DNA of 64,000 bases from Felis catus (Eukaryota): the NCBI RefSeq assembly GCF_018350175.1, contig NC_058368.1, positions 107,634,001 to 107,698,000 on the forward strand. Direction: 5' to 3'. Both the position numbers and the translations under genes were made by a program. Positions within the stretch are counted from its first letter, which is position 1; each line of letters begins with the position of its first letter. Positions 11,801-22,700 of the stretch are shown here, piece by piece. The notes beneath the pieces were generated by a model that worked only from the letters and a program-made list of their open reading frames with translations, had not been told where the DNA came from and did no database searches.

Positions 11801-11829
11801 CTTGGTTCAATGCTGACGTCCCCATTCTT

Positions 11830-12545
11830 TATCCCTGAGTGTGGTTGGCACATTTTATTTGCTATGTTTACTTCACACTCTCTCCTATCAAGGAGATGAT
11901 TCCTATCTTTGGAAAAAACAAAAAACAAAAAAAGCCTGCCCTGATTTACTCTCCTGTCAAAGTATCTGTAATCTCCTGGCCTTGGGCTATGGGGAGAAAT
12001 TCCTTAAACATCTCTCTAGATTGCCTGTCAATCTGTACCGATGGTGTTCTTTGTAATCCCTCTTTAATCTGCTTGATTCCCAAATTACTAGTTTTGCTTG
12101 ACCTTTGACTTAAGGTCAGAAGAGGAGGAGACCCTTTTCCTCTTGGTTATGGTACTAGGAATCTTGTACTCAAGCTTTCCCTTCCCGGGAATGGGGAGTG
12201 TTGGGAGAAGACTTGAACTCTTCTGTGTCTCAGTTCTCATTTCTCCCCAGGAGACACGAGTGGAGGAGCTAGTTGAGAAGTCCTTTTTTTTGGTGACTCA
12301 GATCAATGTAGCTCATGGTAGGGAAATTGTCTCTCTCTTTGACCTCAAGCAGGCAGTGTTGGCCCTCTCACCCTCTAGCCTCTTTATTTCTGAGACTTAG
12401 TTCAACTTTCTTAACTGCTGTGTTCTATGGGGGGATCACCTCTGCAGTAGGATGCTGTCTTCCATGATGCTGGGTGAATAAGTGGACTCAGGAGGTGTTT
12501 TACAGACTGCTGATTCCCCTGCTCTTCCTTTCCTGACCTGTTACA
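11830..12545 (-). mobile_element. Candidate 5' LTR of the Gypsy element
   Basis: Minus strand begins TGTAAC (12545), has AATAAA at 11859-11854 and ...ACCACA at 11840; PBS-like sequence and gag follow directly. Confidence 0.5.
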
Positions 12546-12916
12546 ACATCTTGGGCAGATTCCCAGCATTCTGATTACTTTCACTATTTGAAAAATCTAG
12601 TATATACCAGTCTAATCCACTTGAATACTTAAAGCTCATCCTATGTGGCGTTTCCATAGCCCAAGCCTCCTGCACTGGAGACTAGGATGCTGTCAGTGCT
12701 TTTAAGCAAATTTTTCTCGTTCTTTTAGGCCCCAGGTCTTTTGATGTGTGGACGCCAAGAATGAGGGATTGGTTGGTTGACGGGGTCAAAAGTCTTTTTT
12801 TCCTAACTGGTGCTATTGTAGCAGCTGACAGGTTGGGTGGCAGGCAGTGGTGTGATGGGAAATGTTTAACAACCAGCACTCTGAAACACACTCTGTCTGA
12901 GTGTTTTAAAAAACTG

Positions 12917-12932
12917 TATATATGTGTGTGTG

Positions 12933-12965
<33 letters not shown>
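12917..12965. repeat. (TG)n/(TA)n compound microsatellite
   Basis: Directly visible. Confidence 0.95.
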
Positions 12966-14505
12966 TTGGTATGTCTATGAAAATATAATTATACATTATA
13001 CTGATGAAAAGGATTTTGCTATGATAAAGGTTAAATAATAATAAAATATACCTTTATTGTAAATTCCATACAGCTCTTTGTTTCTTACAGAATGCTATAG
13101 TTGGTTTTTGCCAATTGCATATCTGTAGCCAAGTTTTAGTTACATTTGGAGAATAAGTATAGGTTGGATATGAAAGTTGGTTAACATTATTATTTGACAA
13201 GTGAGACAGAACATTGTAAGATTTCCTTAATTTTTGATGTTCTTCAATGTAATAGAATAAATTTTTATTCTATGTAATAGAATAGTTTCTAATAGCTTCT
13301 AAATCTCGTTAGAAACACTCTCACTTGGATGGTGGGTGTGGAGAGACATCCCCTGTTTCTACCCTATGGGTAAAGGAGAGGTAAATCTGTAACATTCTCT
13401 TTTAGGCTGAAACATTTGCTCTTCTATTTACTACTTATCAAATGTCTGCATATAAAGACTAGAGGTTATTTGGCGTGGTGGTAGATGTGCTGTCTCTTCT
13501 ACCTTCGGAGAAGCTCTCTAAGGACGCGTCTGGAATATGGTAGAGGTTAGTGGCTATGCTACAATTCTGACACAAAGTCCTTATCAACTTCAAGTTGTTG
13601 TTATATGGTTATACATTCTCTAGGAGAGCAAAGCTTAACCATATATTTAGAAATGACTAAATTTTGAAGTGAAAATTTTGTTTGAGCGAATTCGTAAGAA
13701 TTGCTTTCTGGGAGTAAATACAGTGGGACTATTAGCTTGGCTTTAATTCACCTACACGGAAAACTTCTACAAGCCTGGTAGGTGTTTGCTACTTCTCCCA
13801 AACAATAGAACCAGGTTAGCTGTGCTTACTAGAGAGAAGGCAATTGAAGACCAAAACAAAAACAAAAAGCCAAAACCTCTGTAACAGAGCCTTAGTTTAT
13901 AAATCTTGGTAGGGTCAATCATAGCATTTTCTTAAACTGGTTTTCACAACTCTGGTGCTACTTTTTAAAATGTTTCAGGGGATGTGTCAGTCACTGGTTC
14001 TTCATTTATACACTGTCTTTAAGGATGTGCTTCACCAACAGTCTTTATGAGGGGCAGCTGTATAGACCGCAAAGCTCCATCTACCTCTCCTTCCCCAGTG
14101 ATAGCTTCTCAGACCAAGGGAGGATATCTGACCTAAGCTTGGCCAGCCAGATGTTTTCCAAGAAATTTAAAAATTGGGTACTGAGAGATTGTTAGTTAGG
14201 TAATGAGGGATATAGAATCACAATCTGGGAATCTATTTTCTTTTCTTGCTAAGAGTATAGTGAAGCAGGCTTGTCTACAGAGTAAATGCAATTTATTATT
14301 TATAAAACTTCCCCTCCCCTCATGGGAAACTGCTTATGTAGACATATAGTACTTCTAATGGAATATGATAAATTTATCACAGTGATTGCCTCTGTTTAAA
14401 GTAAGTAGGTGACTAGGGTTTACAGGTAGGAGTTAGATTTCATTTTCAGTCCATTTCATTTGGTGGCTTTTGAATGTCATACTATATAATGTATTACTTA
14501 TTTTA

Positions 14506-14725
14506 TTTTATTTTTAATATGTTTAACTTTTATTAATTTTTGAGAGACAGAGACAGAGTGTGAGTAGAGGAAGGGCAGAGAGTGAGGGAGACACAGAATC
14601 TGAAGCAGGCTCCAGGCCCTGGGCTGTCAGCACAGAGCCCAGTGCAGGGCTCACACTCACAAACCATGAGATCATGACCTGAGTCGGAGTCAGACGCTTA
14701 ACCAACTGAGCCACCCAGGCGCCCC
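14506..14725 (-). mobile_element. CAN-SINE (SINEC)
   Basis: Canonical antisense structure; TSD tgtattacttatttt / tgcattacttatttt. Confidence 0.96.
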
Positions 14726-16477
14726 TGCATTACTTATTTTTAAAAATTGATGCCACTTTTTCTGTGGGAAGTTAAAAAATATAAGTGAAAAGTAGAAAAT
14801 ATAAATCACCCAAGATTGTAATATTCTTCTTTAACATTGAAATCACTTTTTAAAAGTTTTAAAATACACTGACCTAGTTTATCAGAGTTCAATTTTAGGA
14901 AAAAGATAGGTCAGTTGAAAGAGAAAATTGTTAACTTTAGTGTCACGATAAAGGAAATTGTACTATTTTCTTATTTCTCGGTAAGGAGAATAAGTAAAAG
15001 TAGACAGAACTGTTTGAATTCATTGAATTCATTTTATATGTTTAAAATTATTTTTAAAAATAATTTAGAAAAGATTTTTAGTTTATTGTGACTATTCCTT
15101 CTACAGTACATATCTATAAAAAAAAGCCAGGTTAATGTTTTTGTTTTATTTTTAATTTAAATAGAATTGAAATATTAATGTTAGAATTTGCTCAAAATAT
15201 GACTTATTAAAGTTTATTTAGAACTATTAACTATATTTTTATTTAGTTATCTATTTACTTATTTATTTTTATTAACTGTGCTTTAATTTCTATGAGGGAA
15301 GGGTCTGAGTGAGTCCTTGTTGCATGTCAGACTTTGTACTCAGTTATAGGTTAAAACAGGAACGAATCATAGACTCTACCACATAAAACCTTAATAGATG
15401 CATGCTTACTGATTTTGAAGGAGTAAAGGGACAGTAAAACATTCGTAATGGATTAGAAGAAATTTTAGGTACCATTGTCTAATAAATTTGGCCTTAAAAT
15501 GCAGCCATATAGAGTAAGGTCGTAGTTTATGAAGTCTAATAAATATTCAAAAATAATCACTGAATGTGTGAAACATGGTGAGTACTGTGCTAGGTGTTTG
15601 GACATCACTTTGGAAAGAGAGTAAGAAGGGAGGAATTTAAAAAGTAGATATAAAAGAATAAATAGGAAAATGAAAACATTATATTAATAATTACATGAAG
15701 AAACAATGTTTGCATCCAACCTAGAATTGTCATTTGCGATACTTTGATGTGATAAGCTAAAAATGAGACTGCATGAGTTCATTGCTTTACGGCTTCCTTT
15801 TTCATTGCATCTTGGGTTTTGGAGTCTGTAATACTTTACTGAGGTTAAGTAAAGTCATGAGGAGGGACTTATTTCAGTTCCAGAAGCAACTGTCAAAAAG
15901 CATGTAAAGGAATGGCTAGACTGGCTGAAGTGGACAGTCCAAAGTGGCAGGCAAGGACCATTTCCTAGAAATCTTAGCAGCTCTTAGGCAGAATCTTACA
16001 ATTTAGTAATTTTCTGTCTATGAAAATTAGGTTGGTGATATTTAGAGCTGAAGTGCACTTTTTAAATTCCAGGAAGATATTTAGCCCAACACACAAAGGA
16101 GGAAATAGGTAAAGAAAGACCAGAGATGGAGCTGCATGGAATGAGTGAAAGGGTAGAGAACATGATGTACTATTAATGGGTAGGCAGTAGTTTGGGGATG
16201 AGTGTGTGGTAATTGAAATGTTCATACCATACTTAGGGGCTCATGCCGTGAAGGAAAAGTGAGGATGGTGATACTGTGGATTGATTAGTTTAAACCTTCA
16301 CGTAGAATTTGGGAGTTCCCCAAATAAACCTTGCCATGTCTATATTTAATTTATGTTATTATTCATTTATTAATTTTATTTAATTGGACAACATGGTAAG
16401 TCACCTCATTCCTTGAGTGTTAGCAATCACTACAAAAGAAACAAAGCTTAACATACTTAAAAGGCTTTTCTGAATAC

Positions 16478-17236
16478 TGCAAAATACCATTTAATACCCA
16501 TTGGGAGGGCTGTTATCAAAAAACAGAAAAACAGCTAATTGCTTGAAAAGATGTGGAGAAATTAGAACCCTTGTTCATTGGGTGGACGTGTAAAATGATA
16601 CAGCTTCTATGGAAAACAATATGGAAAGTCATCAAAAAATTAAACATAGAGTGGCTGGAACTAGAGGGTATTATGCTAAGCAAAATTACAGAAAGACAAA
16701 TATGACTTCACTCATATGAGGAGTTTAAGATACAAAACAGAGGAACATAAGGGAAGGGAAGCAAAAATAATATAAAAACAGGGAAGGGGACAAAACATAA
16801 GAGACTCTTAAATACAGAGAACAAACTGAGGGTTGCTGGAGGAGATGTGGGTGGGGGGGATGGGCTAAATGGGTAAGGGGCATTAAGGTAGACACTTGTT
16901 GGGATGAGCTGAATGATATACATAGAGGATGAATCACTGGAATCTACTCCTGAAATCATTATTGCAATATATGCTAACTAACATGGATGTAAATGAAAAA
17001 ATAAATTAAATTAAATTAAGTTAAATTAAATTAAATTAAATTAGATTAAAAATATATATAATTAAACATAGAATTACCTTATATTTCAGCAGTTCCACTT
17101 CTGGATATATATCCAAAAGAAATGAAAGTAGGAACTTAGTTATTTCTATACCCATGTTCATGGCAGTTTTCACAGTAGCCAAAAGGTGGAAGCAACTCAT
17201 GTGTCCACTGACAGATGAATGGGTAAACAAAATGTA

Positions 17237-17240
<4 letters not shown>
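16478..17240 (+). mobile_element. Old L1M 3' fragment hosting a younger L1
   Basis: L1 ORF2 C-terminal motifs (gatgtggagaaattagaacccttg, atgttcatggcag, tgtccactgacagatgaatggg) continue across the inner insertion. Confidence 0.8.
16651..17059 (+). mobile_element. 5'-truncated cat-type L1 3' UTR
   Basis: Nearly identical to the 3' end of the full-length L1 at 45.9-46.2 kb; (TTAAA)n tail; exact TSD aattaaacataga (16638-16650 / 17060-17072). Confidence 0.93.

Positions 17241-17289
<49 letters not shown>
17239..17289. repeat. (CA)n microsatellite
   Basis: Directly visible. Confidence 0.99.
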
Positions 17290-17293
<4 letters not shown>

Positions 17294-17493
17294 GATAATA
17301 TACGGCTACTGACCATAGTCTTACTAACATTATAGTCAAGATTTGTAATTTCAAAGGACCAGAAAGGCTTCTGTGTTCCCTTTCCAGCCTTCCCTTCCAC
17401 CCTATCTGCCTTGGCAGAAAAAAGCATCTCCACTTTGCAACAGTCACAAGGCCTCTGAGTTCCTTGAGGGTGCAGGTAGCGTTGGCATGGGTT

Positions 17494-17770
17494 ATGCTGT
17501 GTAGTGATTGTGAAAACAAGTTCTAGACACAGACCACAGACTGTCTTGTTTCAAATCCTAACTCCACTACTTGCTAGCTGTATAATCTTGGTCAGGTTAC
17601 TTAACTTTTCAGTGCCTTTTCCCACATTTGTAAAATGGAAGATAATCATAGTAATACAGTCTCATGGCACTCCTATGAAATCATGTGAGGTGATAAGACT
17701 GAAGTGATTAGAACAGTGCCTGCATAAAATAAACACTGTATATAAAATATCATCAGCATCATCATTATCA
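17494..17770 (+). mobile_element. MIR
   Basis: ttcaaatcctaactccactacttgctagctgtataatcttggtcaggttacttaac...tgtaaaatgg...agaacagtgcctg. Confidence 0.85.
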
Positions 17771-18609
17771 TCCCTGTCATTAACTAAGTCTATTAGTGAT
17801 CTAAAATGGAAACTGAAGATGAAATGAATGAATAAAGGTCTTTAGTGGCCACAAATGAATGAATTCTTACTGCTCACCTTTTTATTGTGAAGCTCACACA
17901 CCATTCTTGGATACCTGTAACGTCAATGAAACAGCTCAATATAAGAAACAGACACTCTTCAGAGTAAATATAAATTCTGCCTCAACCATTGCCTTTCTGA
18001 TGTCCACCATTAGCTCTGGGTATGAAAGAGGCAACTGTATGGTCACACCAGCTTGGCCCAGGTTGACTCATGTACACAGTGGCTGTCATTCCACAGGCTA
18101 GCATTTACTTATAATTTACAACCATTAGCAAAGGCATGAGCTGGGGGAAATCAGATTTGTCTCTTAGAGATTTGAAATGGGAAACTGGGTAAAGGGCAAG
18201 TGTGGTGGAGGCTGCAATGAACATCCATGAGACAGAGAAAGAGAATCTTCTCAAGCCTCAAGTCACATGCAGGCTAAATCATCGGTGCAAAATAATTATA
18301 ATAACTGTAGTGACAGTGATAGTGGACAGGTTTTGAGTGTTTAGTGTATTCCAGGCAATATGTTAAATTCTTCACATGACTTAACTCATTAATTACTTGA
18401 AACTACCATTCAGTGTAAGTTATAGACAGTGTCTAATAGCTCAGTTCTCATGACTCTCAGGTCTTTTTTCTATCCTTTGTTCTTCTCTGCAATTCCACAT
18501 TTCCAGGACATTCCTTATGGAGCATTCTTAGCATTGGCCCCCACAGTCCATAAATCATTTAGTTCGAGATTAACTACCTACTACAGCGGAGCAAGCCTCT
18601 GGGACTGGT

Positions 18610-18845
18610 AGTTACAAGTATAAACTGTGGTGCTAGGTGGAATTCAAACCCCATATCGCCCAACCAGTAGCTCTGCTAACTCTGATAAATGGCTTTTCTT
18701 TGTGTCAGTTTTCCCATATGTAAAACGGACTAAAATTGTTTCTAGTTTGTAGTATGGTTTTAAGGATTAAATAAATCAATTCGTATTAAATGTTAGACAA
18801 AATGTCAGGCATATGGTGAGTAATCATTAAAGTAGCTATTATTTC
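18610..18845 (+). mobile_element. MIR
   Basis: Degenerate core and 3' end (tcagttttcccatatgtaaaa...aaggattaaataa...ggcatatggtgagt). Confidence 0.7.
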
Positions 18846-19722
18846 AATCCATAAGGCTCAGGTTGTGCCGGTGCCGCCTCTACTGATCACCCTCTGGCCT
18901 TGTCTACCCATTTTTTTTCCTCTTAGTCACATCATTTTAAGAGTTTAAATATTTTAGTCACAGCCTTCCTAGAGTACAGCACATGGGCTCTATATGGCTG
19001 AAAGAAAAAAAAATGGTTCATTATCAGGAATTGACTCCTTATCTTGAAACAACATCAGTAACAATAAATTTTCAAAGCAAACCTCCGAGCACCTATCAGA
19101 GAAAATTAACATTAACTACCATTCTCACACTTTACTGTGGATCTTTTTATCTAGAAAGCAACAGTAAAATGCCCCTGTCTCTGGCTGTGATCTGCCATTT
19201 ATGTATTTCTTCTTTAAAATTCTTCTTAATACTCATTTTAAACTGATTTTACCTCTGTAATGTTTTAGGGTTTATGTTAGTCAAAAGAGTATGATTTACT
19301 GTTGAATTCACCATTTTGGGGTAGGAAAGTGGAATAATCCTGGTTTTGATGGTAAGATGGCACCTTTAATTAACCAGCTCAAAAAAAAAAATTAAGAGCC
19401 AATAATTTGCTCCTCTCTGGACAGGGTTGTGGTTATTTAGAATTGAAAACGATGTTTACAATGTAATAAAAATTCAAGAAAGGGTGACACCAAGTTCAGT
19501 TTAATTGATAAAAAGAACAAGTCATCTGGATAATAATTTGAAATACATCACCTAGAGAATAGGAATAGGATTCCGTATTTGGTTTTATTGTTTATTTAAA
19601 CATAACTACATTGGATTGTAATAGATTGATTCAGTTTGTTGTTAGTTGTTTGAAAAATCTGCTATAATTATTTTAACTATTTTGGTGAAATTCTTAAGTT
19701 AGATAGAGATTACTAACAACAT

Positions 19723-19939
19723 GGGGCACCTGAATGGCTCAGGAAGTTAAGCGTCTGACTTTGGCTCAGGTCATGATCTTGCAGTCCTTGAGTTCAAGCC
19801 CTGCTTCAGGCTCTGTGCTGAAGACAGCTCAGAGCCTGGAGCCTGCTTCAGATTTGGTATCTCCCTCTCTCTCTGCCCCTCCCCCGTTCATGCTCTGTCT
19901 CTCTCTCAAAAATAAATGAAACATAAAAAAAATTTTTTT
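19723..19939 (+). mobile_element. CAN-SINE (first of a tandem pair)
   Basis: Canonical structure, CpG-decayed. Confidence 0.96.
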
Positions 19940-19956
19940 AAGAATACTAACAACTG

Positions 19957-20190
19957 GGGGCGCCTGGGTGGTTCAGTCGGTTGGGCGTCCGACTTTGGCT
20001 CAGGTCATGATCTCACGGTCCGTGAGTTCGAGCCCCGCGTCAGGCTCTGTGCTGACAGCTCAGAGCCTGGACTGGAGCCTGTTTTAGATTCTGTGTCTCC
20101 CTCTCTCTCTGACCTTCCCCCATTCATGCTCTGTCTCTCTCTGTCTCAAAAATAATAAACATTAAAAAAAAATTTTTAAAGTTAAAAAAA
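19957..20190 (+). mobile_element. CAN-SINE, young (second of a tandem pair)
   Basis: CpG-rich; exact TSD aagaatactaacaactgg (19940-19957 / 20191-20208). Confidence 0.97.
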
Positions 20191-20869
20191 AAGAATACTA
20201 ACAACTGGATGTTTTTTTATCACTGCTATGGGTGAAAGAAGCATGACATCAGAGAAATGGCAAATTCTTAATGTTGGCTGGATACGGTCATGTTATTATA
20301 CACATATATACAGTTGAAAGGGAATGTTTATGGTTGGGATATCTGTGTGGACAAAGAAGTGTATTATGCTTTAGGGGGCTGTAAATAAAATGAAAAAGAG
20401 TTTGTGAAGATTAATCACACAACAACAAGAGAATTAACTTAAGAGAATTCAACTTTTAGGAAATATTTTTTAATCAGAATTTTTAATAACTTGCATTTAT
20501 CTCCTTCATGTGGACGTATTTTAAGTGGACGTAAAACTTTAATCATTGTTTAATAAAGCTATATGCACATCACTTTCCTAGATTGAACTTTCCTTCTCTG
20601 GAATGCCTTTGTTTCCATTAGAATTAGTCAAAATTACTGCTCTGCTGCATTAGGCAGTGACAGTTAAATTAATGTTTCCCAGGTGTCCATGTGCTGCTCT
20701 GCACCTCAGCCCTCTTTGTCTATATTGTACTATACGAATTATTCGCATCAGTAGTAAGTGGACAGAAATGATATTTCACTTCTTGTTAAAAGCATTAGTG
20801 TTAGAAACCTTCCCCTTTACTCATTCAGTTTACTAGTTACCCATTCATGCAACAGTATAGGGAGGCTCC

Positions 20870-21045
20870 AACATGGCCGACTTGCAAGATGGAAACATGA
20901 CTAGTCCCTTCACTGTTAAGGGAGAGCCACCTTACCTGCATGTTCCTGTGTGATGTGATTAGAAAGAAACCTTTATTATGTTGACTTGTTGAGATTTTAG
21001 GATTGACTTGTTACTACAGCATGACCTGTTATTAGGGTAATATAC
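20870..21045 (+). mobile_element. MaLR (MLT1-like) LTR 3' fragment
   Basis: gagattttaggattgacttgttactacagcatgacct...taatataca terminal motif. Confidence 0.55.
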
Positions 21046-21351
21046 AGGCACACTGTTACCTTACTAGTGGGGATTAAAATGGAATTACTTGTTTTTTGAT
21101 CTTGAAAATCTACTCCTGGCACCATAGCCCAAGAAGATATATACAGTGATATAAATGCCACTAAAACCGTATTTACTGTATGATCCCAATTTTATTCTTA
21201 AAAACACTACACATCGCTGCTCATATTTACATTTGCATATATATATTGCAAAAGTTAGGAAGAAATATACCAAATTATTCATTATAGTTTTGTTACTGGA
21301 ACAGAAGATGGTAATAGAAATTATAAGATTTTTTTAATTTAAAAAATTCTC

Positions 21352-21550
21352 AGGGCACCTAGGTGGCTCAGTTGGTTGAGCCTCCAACTCTTGGATTCAA
21401 TTCAGGTCATGATCTCACAGTTCATGAGTTCAAGCCCTAAGTTGGGCTGTGTGCTGGCAGCATGGAGCCTACTTGGAATTCTCTCTTTTTTTCTCTCTCT
21501 CTCTAAAAATAAATAAATAAACTTGAAAATAAGTAAATAAATAAATAAAT
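21352..21550 (+). mobile_element. CAN-SINE (older subfamily) with (TAAA)n tail
   Basis: Canonical head and core. Confidence 0.92.
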
Positions 21551-21589
21551 ATTATGTATTTTTCATATTCCATTTAAAATATAACTTTT

Positions 21590-21820
21590 AGGTCACCTGG
21601 ATGGCTCAGTCACTTAAGCACCCCACTTTGCCTCAGGTCATGATCTTGTGGTTCGTGAGTTCAAGCCAAACATTGGGCTCTGTAGTGACAACTCAGAGCC
21701 TCGTGTCTGTTTCAAATTCTGTGTCTTCCTCTATCCATCTCTGCCCCTCTCCCACTCATATTCTGTCTCTGTCTCTCTCTCAAAAATAAACATTAAAAAA
21801 TAAATAAATAAAAATAAAAA
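21590..21820 (+). mobile_element. CAN-SINE (SINEC)
   Basis: Canonical structure; TSD ataactttt. Confidence 0.92.
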
Positions 21821-21889
21821 CATAACTTTTGTAACTAGGAAATAAAACAACAAATGTCATAAAAGAAACATATAGTTTATCTTCTAAAA

Positions 21890-22700
21890 GATAAACTATA
21901 ACCCCAAGAGGATGTGTAGATGGTCGATGAACACCTGACAATATGTTCAACATCACTAGCCATTAGGGAAATGCAAGTTAAAAACACGATACAGTACCAC
22001 AATACAGTTATTAGAATAGCTAAATTTAAAAATACATATTGACAGTACTAATTGTTGAATCTGTAGAAAAGTTGGAATTCTCATACATTTCTGGTGGGAA
22101 TGTAAAATGGTACAGGTATTCTGGAAAAATTTGGGGCAGTTTTTCATAAAGTTAATGTTGGGTTACTTACTGTATGATCCAGCGATCCCGCTCCTAGCTA
22201 TTTACCTTAAAAAAATGAAAACTTCTGTTCACACAAACTTTTGTGGTGACTCTAGTCACAAAACCTAGAAGTGACCCAATGGACTTTACTGGGTGAATAG
22301 ATAAATGGTGGCATATCCATAGAATGTAATACTTCTCAGCAGTAAAAAGGAATGATACATTGGTACCCGCAGGAGTATGCATTTATCAAAGGCATCACAC
22401 TGAGTAAAGGAAGCCATTGTCAAAAAGTTGGGTACTATATGATGCCATTCATATGCCATTCTTGAAAAGACAAAGCTGTGTGACAAAGATTTTGACAGAT
22501 ATGAGTGGTTGCCAGGTGTTAGAGGTGGAAGAAGGGTGTGACTACAAAGGGAGAGCACTAGGAGGTATTTGGGGTGATGAAATTGTTCAGTGTCCCGTTA
22601 TACAAATGTACATGAGTTAAAATTGATAGAACTCTCTATGAAACAAGCTAATTTTATTCTATGTTAATTACCAACAAAATAAAAAATAAAACAAACAGAA
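21890..22700 (+). mobile_element. Old L1M (L1MC-like) 3' end
   Basis: atgttcaacatcactagccattagggaaatgcaa...ctggtgggaatgtaaaatggtaca...3' UTR and A-rich tail. Confidence 0.85.

Noticed and set aside
13091..13200. Strong acceptor (tttgtttcttacag) with downstream GTGAGA donor
   Set aside because: Stops in all three frames and no other support
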